Shown here piece after piece: positions 39,100 to 48,661 of a DNA stretch of 64,000 nucleotides. Source of the stretch: the human T2T-CHM13v2.0 reference genome, Homo sapiens; the NCBI RefSeq assembly GCF_009914755.1, contig NC_060936.1. One strand, written 5' to 3'. A program made the position numbers and the translations under genes. The first letter of the stretch is position 1. Every line of letters begins with the position of its first letter. Under the pieces are notes generated by a model. That model made no database searches and was not told the origin of the DNA. It worked only from the letters and a program-made list of their open reading frames with translations.

Positions 39100-39369
39100 A
39101 GATTTTGATATAAGGCCATAAAGAACATACAGAATTTCTGACCATTTTCCTTGTCTTTTGCAGAACAGATCTAGCTGCAGGATGGTGTCAAAATTAAGGC
39201 TACCATTGACCACCTATTGTTCCTGACTTGCTAACTGGTAATGTGGCCAAACTGTGATACAGTACAATATTAGGTGTTTTTCCCACAGATTTTCAGGGTT
39301 GGATTGTTCCCAGTGGTTGAGAATACAGCCGAGGAGAGAATCGGGTGGGACTGAGACAGAGTTTCCCAT
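39100..39369 (-). pseudogene. gag: Gag matrix remnant of ERV1 type
   Basis: MGNSVSVPPDSLLGCILNHW...VWPHY...[24 protein letters not shown] with an MGxxxS myristoylation motif; one internal stop. Confidence 0.85.
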
Positions 39370-40318
39370 GTTTAGCTGTGGAAGAGAATAAGGGAAAACG
39401 TAAGGATCTCTGGTCTAATGCATCTCATTGGACATCCCCTGTGGAGTGCCTGTGCAAGAGATGAGGTCCACTAGGGCATCCCCTGTATGGTCCTCTTCTT
39501 AGTGTTCCAGACATCTCTGGCCTTAGAGTGTCAGATGTTTCTGACCTTAGATAGGTGCTGGTGCCACTTGAGCCACTTGAAGGAGGATCCTGCCATAGCC
39601 GGTGACCTATAAGTTTCCCTTGGCTTTGGGCATCCCTGTAGCTGGCCAAGTTAGTTTTTTTTTCCCGCAAATGGTTTCCTTAACTACTCTGGTACCTATA
39701 CTTTGAAGGGCAAGGAATTGCAGACTGCCTAGCTTAAATTTGTTACGGACTGGCCTCTTAATAAGGGAATAAAATGCCCTAATTTGGACAATGGAGAAAA
39801 TAATGTAATATGTTCCACCATGTCCCTTGGGTTAACATGCAGCCTGTTACACAAGGTGGTCCCCCTAGGTCAGGGCCATCCCAAGCACACAAAATCCCTA
39901 CTTTGTTTAGGCAAGAAAAAGTTCCCAAGTATAAAATTAATGAGAGCATTTCAGTTCCCCACATAGCATCTGCAGCCATTGTAATTCTCTCTTTAGGAAA
40001 ACTGTCCTGCATTGGCCTAAATTTATTATTGGGATTTAATGCCTTTGCCCACTTATCCCTAAATATGCCATAAAATAAACATGTCTGTTCACAAGTAGGA
40101 AAGATCTGAAGTCATGATATTATTGCTGCATATACATCTCACTGATGCAGGGATTTGTCTTGTGCCTGGCAGCCTAATTGCTCTGTTCCCCAACCAGGTT
40201 ATCTGTCATAGGAGTCTTCCAGCAGCAGGCACCCTAATGGCTTTTAACTGCCTGACTGCTGCCCACAAGGGAGCAGCCTGGACACAAGAGGACAGAAAAA
40301 GATAAAGAAAAATAAAGT

Positions 40319-40336
40319 ATCCTCGCTGGCTCGTCT
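40319..40336 (-). promoter_or_regulatory. Primer binding site, tRNA-Arg(ACG)-like
   Basis: The + strand atcctcgctggctcgtct matches the tRNA 3' end ctcctggctggctcgcca at 14 of 18 positions, 6 nt from the 5' LTR. Confidence 0.7.
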
Positions 40337-40342
40337 AATCGA

Positions 40343-40874
40343 TGCTACTGGATGGTGCCGCACAGTTGCAGGCTCTCGGTGTCTCAAAGAATTGGATGAG
40401 ACATATACAGATAGCAAAGCAAAGCAGCAAAAGTTTATGAAGCCCAGTATTACACTCTCAGAGAGGGAGAGCACACTGACCTCTGCAAGATGAAATCAGC
40501 CCTTGTTTATTACATTTCATGGCTTTTTATATGTTTCTCCTCAATGGTTTACCCTCACTTTCTCTTGAAAGCTAATTCCTCATCCTTACTTTTCCCTCAT
40601 TGTGCCTTAACCATACTTTATTTTTTGTAAGCCAATTGCTCATCCTTAGTTTTCTTTTTGTGACCAAATTCTTTCTGCTAGTCCTTCTGTCTTATTTTCC
40701 TTATCTTGTGTGTTCCAACTCACTGCTTATTTTCTTATCTACCTACTGCTTTTGCCCTTATTTCACATGTTCTGTTTCTGCTATCTTACCTGTTTTGTTT
40801 TTGCTTTTGCTTAAGGTAGCCTGTGTCCAAGGGCCCCCTTCACCTCTGACTTCCTCTGCTATTCTCCTGCCTCA
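40343..40874 (-). repeat. 5' LTR of the minus-strand provirus
   Basis: Minus strand begins tgaggcaggagaatagcagagg; followed by the PBS. Confidence 0.92.
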
Positions 40875-41269
40875 CAAGATGTCTGCCAATTCCAAAGAGG
40901 ATTTTCAAATAAAGCGAGAGAATGGGTGACATATAGTCACATTCAAGCAGTCCCTGGCCTATCAGTTTGATACAACAATCTAACTTCAGCCTTTCCTTGG
41001 GTTTCCAAGTTCAGTCTATCTCATTTCCCAGAGGCTCACTGCTGCAGAAGTAGGAAGAAGAGCTTTCTGCTGTCAGATCCTTATTGTAGGTTTAAGACCT
41101 ATGGGACTGGATGGTACATTTACTCTTCATAGTCCCTGTCCTCCTTAAAGTCTCCCCCACCCCACAGCTGGTGCCAGTTTCTACAAGTCTGTTCAAATTC
41201 TATTCAGGGACTGGATACATAAATAGGAAATTCTAAAATCATGAAAGAAAGGGAAAAAAGAAATATGAA

Positions 41270-41620
41270 TATTCTACATATTTATGCATATACTCAATTT
41301 AATTAATAATAGAGAAATGTCAAGTACTCTTATTAAAGAGATAACAATTTTACCTATCAGAGTGTCCAGGATTGAAAAGAATAACACCCAAGGTTGGTGT
41401 GAGTGTAGGAAAAGAGGCACAAACTTGCACATCTGGTCAGAGAGTAAATTGATACAACCATCTAGAAGGTAGGTTGTAAATATATGACAAGATTCCTGTG
41501 AAACTGCAAACGTTTCATCCTAAAAATTCAACTTCTAAGAATTTATATTCAGAATGAATTGAAGCAGACAAAGTTGTAAGTGCTAGAATATTCATTGTGA
41601 CATTTTATAAGGATTGAAAG
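41270..41620 (+). mobile_element. Degenerate L1ME-like ORF2 3' fragment
   Basis: ttttacctatcaga...gttggtgtgagtgtaggaaaa...gagtaaattgatacaacca...aattcaacttctaagaatttat. Confidence 0.6.
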
Positions 41621-42375
41621 CTCCATTGCTTACTGGGCCAGACATGGGAGTTAGTGAAGGTGCAAAACATTTCACCTAGTGCAGACAGCAAGTAGTGGGA
41701 ACTATGGCAAATTTCTATATCTAATGCTTTTTAGATTTCAAAAATACTGTAAGGACCAAACCAAACACCAGCTTGTTGCAACTGGTTTATAAATTTCAAA
41801 ACTTAGAAACACTATAAATGTCTGAAGACAGGTGAATATGTTAATCAAATTACAGAACCACCCAATAGAGCACTCTTTATATATAAAGTGGGAATACTAT
41901 GCCCTGTAGATATAAGCTGATATGAGAACATTGTCCTTAAACTACCTGGCAGATGCTAGGTGTCAATAAGTGTTAGCTTTTCTTCCTTAAGTGAAAACTC
42001 TCCTAGAGAGAGATGTGTTAGGCAGAATTCTTCCACTATAAGCCACAGAAACACCACTTACTTTGGCTTAAGTAAAAAAGAACACTTATAGGCTCACATA
42101 ACTGAGAAGTTTAAGGGGTGAACTTCAAACATGGGTAGATGCTGACTTCAAGCAATACAGATCACATTTTTCTAGCTCCGTTTCTCTTTCTTTGGTTTTG
42201 TTCTCAGGCAGGTGCAACTCATGCTGCGGCAAGATGGCCATCCATAGCTCCAGGTATAAATCCTATCAATCTTGCAACATCCTGTGAAATCAAGCACCTC
42301 TTCCTCATGGCTCTACAAAAGTCCTAGTTATGGCTCTTAATTGCCCCAGACTTTGGTCATGTGTCCACACTTAGC

Positions 42376-42933
42376 TGTAAGGAACATGGCTGTGCTCTGG
42401 TCAAGGATAGGCCAAGGTAGGATGCTTACATCCTGCGTGACTCAGCCGAGTTTAGAGCACAGGCATATAACTCTACTTGTCACAGCCATGTAGCCATAAC
42501 ATGGGAAGGCCATCACTTGGCTGTAAGCAACTATTGTCTGTAAAATATATAACTGCCCTGCTGACATTGTACAGGTGCTTGCACCCAGAGAGAGAGAGCC
42601 AGAGCTGTTCATCTTTGCAGACAGACTAGGGGAGCTTGAGGACACAGCTCAGCTTGTTCGTGCCCAGAGACAGAAAGAATTAAGCTGCTGACCCTGAAGG
42701 CAAGGAAGAGCCAGCCGCACAGCTATGTGTGGGAGCCACCGGACTAAGCAACCAAGACAGGGTGGACTGTGTGAGAAAGCTGTTGATGAGAACTGCTGCT
42801 GAATAAAATCATCTTTCACCTGCCTACAACACCCCAAGTGTTCTTTCTGCTCATCCACCCATTGCCTTCAGACATCAGCATGAGCTGCAACCTGACCCTA
42901 GGCATGACAATAGGCATAGTCATGAACCTGACA
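42376..42933 (+). repeat. 5' LTR (LTR18-type)
   Basis: Collinear with 47401-47979 (about 9-10% mismatch over the first 210 bp by eye); TGACTCA at 42438-42444, TATATAA near 42546, AATAAA at 42802-42807. Confidence 0.93.
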
Positions 42934-42935
42934 TT

Positions 42936-42953
42936 TGGCAATGTCGGCAGGAT
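42936..42953 (+). promoter_or_regulatory. Primer binding site, tRNA-Ser
   Basis: tggcaatgtcggcaggat matches the Ser PBS tggcgtagtcggcaggat at 15 of 18 positions, 2 nt after the LTR. Confidence 0.85.
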
Positions 42954-42996
42954 GAGGTGAGTGAGTCTTCAGCCCCTGAGGGCTCCCAGGTCAGCT

Positions 42997-43794
42997 ATGT
43001 GGCCACAGCATGAGCTGTGGTACCTGGTGGCAGTAGTGCTGCTTGGATGAGCCCCAGTGGAAACGTGGGAGGCAGTGGATGGATCTCCCGTGAGTGTTGA
43101 GAAAGCACCGAAGCAGCTGGAAGAACACAGCACCAAGAAGGAATGCACCTTGGCTGGCAGAGTTGGACAGGTGTTTCTTACTGCACTGTGGGAAGTACAT
43201 GCTCAGTCCCACAGTGGCTGCAGCTGTGCCAACAGGTTAGCACAAGGGCAAGATACTCTGGGAGACGGGTATGCGGCAGGCTATGTTTGATCTGAATATC
43301 TGGGGGCCGAATGATGAATGCCTTACCTCCCACATAAGGGATCTTGTGCTGGGCTCAGTGTCCCCTGAGTGTTTCTGGCTCTCTGGCCGCTGTCCTCACC
43401 TTGTATGTGGGGTGCCGCATACATGAAGTGACTACTGCTATGGCAGCCCTCGGGGTGGCAGAAGGCTATCAGCGGGATTGGGGAGTCCATACCATAAAGA
43501 ACGGAAGATGCCTCATCCACAGCCACCCCACGAGATAAAATGGGGCCACAGCTGGTGACCCGCATGGAGATGTGGATTGATTTAATTGGAGCTGGGGTTG
43601 TTCAGGAGAAAACTGACAGGCAACCCAACGGAATGCTATTGGCTCTGTGGAGGCAATTGTCCCCAGAACAGCAATTCTGGAAAATGCCCAAGAGGGGGCA
43701 AAACAATGTTACTCAACCCAGCCCTACCCGGACACTTCAACTCAAGGACTCTTTGCAGACAGGTGAAGATACGAGGCCTTTCTTGTTTGATTAG
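42997..43794 (+). pseudogene. gag: gag remnant with its central part deleted
   Basis: ETWEAVDGSP...AGRVGQVFLTAL and MWIDLIGAGVVQEKTDRQPNGMLLALWRQ resemble class III Gag; lies between the PBS and protease. Confidence 0.7.
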
Positions 43795-43829
43795 AGAACT
43801 GGCTGAAGTGCTCAGCTTGGGGGAGAGCT

Positions 43830-44151
43830 GGATGACCAGAGGCCATATGTGGAGCTGGCAATCCACTGGTCCCACACTAATATACAGCAGGTCCTAGCTC
43901 TGGTAAATACTGGTGCAGACTGCAGTCTTTTTTATGGGAACCCAGATAAGTGTCCAGGCAAAGCTGCACTTATTGATGGTTATGGGGGCCGATTGGTGGA
44001 AGTGAAACCTGTGTTTCTACATCTTGGCATTGGCCACTTGGCTCCCCACCTGTACACCGTGTATGTCTCTCCCATACCTGAATATATTCTGGGGGTGGAC
44101 ATTTTGCATGATCTGGACTTGCACACCAGGGCTGGAGAATTCAGAGTCTGA
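43830..44151 (+). pseudogene. pro: Protease remnant, catalytic DTG read as NTG
   Basis: VLALVNTGADCSL...IDGYGG...SPIPEYILGVDIL, ERV-L-type protease. Confidence 0.9.
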
Positions 44152-46088
44152 GCTAACATAGTAAAGCTGGTCCTGTGTGGACATACACATCACCAGCCCC
44201 AAGTTCTGCCACAACCCAGGTGGGTTACCTGCACTCATCAATACCACTTGCCAGGGGGGCATACAGAGATAACTGAGACTATTAAGAAGTCAGAGGAGGT
44301 GCAAATAGTGTGCGGCACCCATAGCCCCTACAGTTCTCTGGCATGGCCAGTCAGAAAGCCTGATGGGACTTGGCAGATGACAGTGGATTATCAGGAACTA
44401 AATAAAGTACCACCTCCTCTGCATGCAGCTGGACCTTCCATCACAGACTTGATGGACTGCTTGACAATGGAACTGGGACAGTACCACTTTGTGATGGGAC
44501 TTAACTAAGTCCCATTCTTCTCCACTGACATTGCTCCAGAGAGCCAGAAACAGTTTGCCTTCATGGGAGGGCAACAGTGAACTTTCGTAGTGTTGCTGCA
44601 GGGCTATATGCAAAGCCCCACCTTGTTTCATGATCTTATTGATAATGTTATGCTAACCTCTGATTCTCTTGAAGGTTTAGGAGTATCAATGCCCCTCTTG
44701 CCTGAGATTGGGATGATGCAGCTGAGACAGCATATCTGGTAGCTAAGTGGGCTATTTAGCAGGCACAAGCCCTGTGAGCAGTCAACCAGGGGTGCCCGTT
44801 CAAGCTAAAAGTGCAATGACTACAGATAGCTTGAGTTAGGGCCTATAACAGCACACAGAGTGTCTGAGTATGCCAATAGGCCTTCCGTCTTGAGTATAGA
44901 AGGAAGCTGAGCTCTGGTAATCCTTGATAAAGAAGCAGTTAGTAATAGTGGGATGGGTGCATTCATGGGTAACTACCCCTCACCCCTAGACTGAGAAAGC
45001 AGTTAGTAGCTGTATATGCTGCCCTTCAGGCTCATAAAAGCATGGTACGTCAGGCTATTGTTGTCGTGCAGATGACTTACCCAATAACAGGATGGATGTG
45101 CTCATGGATAGCAACCCCCACAGACTGGGACAGCACAGACATCCACTTTAGCAAAGTGGGTCATTTACTTAGAACAGTGGAGTACACTGAGTACAAGTTC
45201 CTCAGCAGCTGAGTTACAAAAGATCTTAGGGGCTGTAGTCCTAATGCAAAATAAGGCCATGGGGCCCGAGGCACCCCTAGACCCTGAGCCTTTACCGTAA
45301 TGAAGGGCTTCCTCCCATTCCTAATAAGGCATGGTATACAGATAGGTCTAGCCAGAGTACTGCTGCTGCCTGGATTGCTGTTGCAGTCCTGCCCAGTACT
45401 GACATTAAATGGTTTAATACCAAGTGTGGGCAAAGTAGCTAATAAGTTGAACTCAGAACAATGTGGATGGTGATCACCAAGGAGGTGACACCTATGGTAA
45501 TCTGAAGCAATAGCTGGGCAGTTTATTGAGGCTTAACCCTGTGATTAATTACCTGAAAGTTACAGAATTAGCTAGTTAGTTACTGACCCATGTAGGGCCA
45601 GGCCACGTGGCCAGATCTATGAGAGGAAGGACGACCTTCTCCAACCAGGTATGGGGATGAATGGTAATCTGTTATTGCCTGCCCCAATAAGGCAGGGAAA
45701 GAGAAAAACCCGGTGTTGGCCATGGACCCTTCAAGGCCCTCATTGCATATGGTTGGCTATGGTAGCCCCCTGTGGGGAGGGTCTGCAGTATGATTTACCT
45801 GTTACTACTTAGTTATTTAATGTGTGGCCTCTGTGATTAACTGTTTGTAGCGGAATAGCCAGGGAAGGGACCCTCCTGTGTAGCTTATTATAAGTTGCCC
45901 TGTGACTTTGGCATGGGCACAGGACCCAAAAGAACCATGGGAAGTGGATAAGGTGTGGTATCACCCAGGGCAGAAGCCGTTGGCGGCTGCACTGTCATCC
46001 AGAGATGAAAAGTTGGCCTGTATTTTGCCTGAGGGATGTGATTTACCCCTGTTAGTACCTGTGCTTGCATTGTCATGTTGGCCATAGG
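44152..46088 (+). pseudogene. pol: pol remnant: partial RT, connection, RNase H and integrase C-terminus; no integrase core seen
   Basis: SPYSSLAWPVRKPDGTWQMTVDYQELNK; VLLQGYMQSPT; IDNVML; AWYTDRSS; GQSS**VELR; SNSWAV; KVWYHPGQKP. Confidence 0.9.
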
Positions 46089-46093
46089 TTGGC

Positions 46094-47180
46094 ATGCTCA
46101 AACAGCATTGCGGACTGGGCCCACACCTACGTCAAGGTGACCAATGTCTCCAGCTGTTGGATCTGCATTGCCCTTCCAGCACCAGCTGTGGACGGTTGCC
46201 CTGGCACATGCATCCAGCTTCTATAAATAACTGGACGTGGCTAGAGACTTGGGCTCCCATGGACAATGGTCGGGATGCAACACAACGAGCCTTGGATAGG
46301 GGGCGTCAGAAAACCCATGGCAAGCCTGCCCCCTGGCTGACTCATAGTGTCCATGATGGATGGGGCTGGCTAATGGGAGAACACATGGTCCCTCCTTTGC
46401 AGGTACCACAATGTATAAAGCAGCACCAAGGTAAAGTCACTGTGGGATGATTGCCTGCTGAGGTTTGTGCAGACATAACACATGTCGCCATACCAAGGCG
46501 GTGGTGGAACAAGCAGCCATACCAAGGCCAGGCCCCCATGGACTTTGTGCCCCTCGGAAGTTTATGGGTCTGTGGGGACAACTGGATGGCCATATCTGCC
46601 AGCCAATTAGACTGGACGTTATACCTGGGGGTGGCCTTATGTGCCTGCCACTTGCTTCCCACATTGCCTAGTCACCTGCATGACTGGAAGGTGCTGCATT
46701 CCCACTTTTTGCGAGTGCAGTGGGCCCCTTGGTGGCTGTACCCCTTAGCAAGAACTATCCCTAAAGCTGGTGTCATTACTGCAGAAATGCAAGTTACAGC
46801 CCTTGCAGACACACAGTTCAGGGCCCAAGTTACACCTAAGTTGCTCTCCTTTTACTAACTGATAATGTTGATCAGATCAGGAAGGCGATGCTGCCAAACC
46901 AGATGGCCTTAGACATAGTCACAGCTGCCCATGGTGGCACCTGTGCCCTTGTAGGGACACAATGTTGTACATTTATCCCTGACAACCACCAGAACATAAC
47001 GGCAGCCTTACAAGGGGTGACACAGGAGATTAAGATGATTGAGCCCCTTACTAACAACCCCCTACAGAGACGTTGAGCATCTCTGGGCTCTGGCCTATGT
47101 TGGGCTCTCATAATCATAGGTAGCATAGCAGGAATATTAGTGATAGGTTGTTGCTCCCTATATTGTTGCTGTGACCTGTG
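46094..47180 (+). pseudogene. env: Gamma-type env remnant, frameshifted
   Basis: SU CWIC at 46155-46166; degenerate cleavage site RVQW-APWW; ISD LPNQMALDIVTAAHGGTC plus CX6CC (CALVGTQCC); hydrophobic anchor near 47100-47160. Confidence 0.9.
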
Positions 47181-47400
47181 AGTTCAGGGTGCTGCCCTAT
47201 GTACACAGATCCTCACTAAGAGAACTCCCTCAGCCTAGGGGGTGGAATGTAAGACCTGTGTGCCATGCCTGTATATCAAACCTATGTGCCCAAAACTTAT
47301 GTGTAAAGCCTGTGTATGTATATCAAGCCTATGTACCCAAAGCTTATGTGTATAACCCATGTATCCAAGGCCTATGTCTCCCTTGGCCTAGGGTATGGAG

Positions 47401-47979
47401 TGTAAGGAACATGGCTGTGTTTTGGTCAAGGATAGGCAGAGGTAGGATGTTTACACCCTGTGTAACTCAGTGAGTTTACAGCACAGGCATGTAACTCTAC
47501 TTATTATCACAGCCATGTAGCAATAACATGGGAAGGCCATCACTTGGCTCTAAGGCACTATTGTCTGTAAAATATATAATTGCCCTGCTGACACTGTATA
47601 GGTGCTTGCAACCAGAGAAAGAGAGAGGGAGAGAGAGAGAGAGAGGCAGAGCTGTCTGTCTTTGCAGATGGACAGAGGGGAGCCAGGACACAGCTCAGCT
47701 TGATCATGCCCAGAGAGAGAAAGAGTTAAGCTGCTGACCCTGAAGGCAAGGGAGAGCCAGCTGCACATCTGTATGTGGGAGCCACCAGACTAAGCAGCCA
47801 AGACAAGGCAGACAGTGTGAGAAAGCTGTTGATGAGAGCTGCTGCTGAATAAAATCATCTTTCACCTGTCTACGGCACCCCGAGTATTCTTTCTGCTTAT
47901 CCACCCACTCCTTTCAGACCTCAGCATGAGCTGGAACCTGGCCCTGGGCATGACAATTGGCATAGTCGTGAACCTGACA
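47401..47979 (+). repeat. 3' LTR (LTR18-type)
   Basis: Preceded by PPT-like agggtatggag; AATAAA at 47848-47853. Confidence 0.93.
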
Positions 47980-48071
47980 CTAGCCAATCAGTGAGATTCA
48001 AGTTGGCCAGCCTTGGATTAAGAAGCCAAACCTGAAGCCAGGGGCTCTAGTACCTAAATTTGTGTCCTGAC

Positions 48072-48661
48072 TGTTACCAATGGAGAGTCTTTACTGTGAG
48101 TCATCCAAGTTCTTGGTGTTTTGAACAAACAATTGGACAAAATGCACAAACAAGGCAACAAAAAATGAAGCAATGAAAGCACAGATTTATTGAAATGAAA
48201 GTGCACTCCACAGAGTGGGAGCAGGCTCAAGCAAGCATGGCAAGGGCACTGGTTACACAGTTTTCTGGGGTTTAAATACCCTCTGGAAGTTTCCAGTTGG
48301 TCACTTGGTTAGATCCTATGTAAATGAAGTAGAAGCCTGTGACCAGTCTGACTGGTTGCCTTCAGCGACCAATCAGAGGCTGAAGTGAAGTTACAGAGTT
48401 ACACCTTATGCAAGCATCTGATTGGTTGCAGGAGGGGACCAAGCAGAGACTGAAGTGAAGTTACAAAGTTATATCCTTATGCAAGTGAAGACTAGGCCAG
48501 TGACCAGTCTGATTGGTTGCAGTGGGGGACCAATCTGAGGAACTTTCCATTTTTCACCTGGGACACTTTTGATTCAGTTTGATTCCTTTTGATTCAGTTC
48601 TAGGAAGTCAGCACAAATAGGCCTTAGGTTCCCTGCCTCCAGACCTGATTCTCTTGCCTCA
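48072..48661 (-). mobile_element. MER51-type ERV1 solo LTR
   Basis: Ends ggccttaggttccctgcctccagacctgattctcttgcctca; internal repeats ccaatcagaggctgaagtgaagttaca with several CCAAT boxes; perfect TSD ctgac (48067-48071, 48662-48666). Confidence 0.9.

Larger units (their letters stand above)
36944..40874 (-). mobile_element. Internally deleted ERV1 provirus (MER4 group, MER61/LTR20-like LTRs), about 3.9 kb
   Basis: Two direct repeats of about 533 bp with TG...CA ends, PBS, PPT, gag/pro/env remnants, and a near-TSD cagg/caag. Confidence 0.9.
42376..47979 (+). mobile_element. HERV-S/HERVL18-like provirus with LTR18B-type LTRs, about 5.6 kb, multiply deleted
   Basis: Two LTRs with TG...CA ends, Ser PBS, gag-pro-pol-env remnants, 5-bp near-TSD ttagc/ctagc. 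Confidence 0.9.

Noticed and set aside
42936-42953. tRNA-like sequence
   Set aside because: Only an 18-nt complement of a tRNA 3' end (PBS), not a tRNA gene; the same applies to 40319-40336.
46094-47180. Possible domesticated syncytin-like env
   Set aside because: Frameshifts, internal stops and a lost furin site; no continuous ORF.
47250-47400. Short repeated units resembling a CRISPR-like array
   Set aside because: Degenerate units without unique spacers, inside an ERV 3' UTR in primate DNA; no cas genes.
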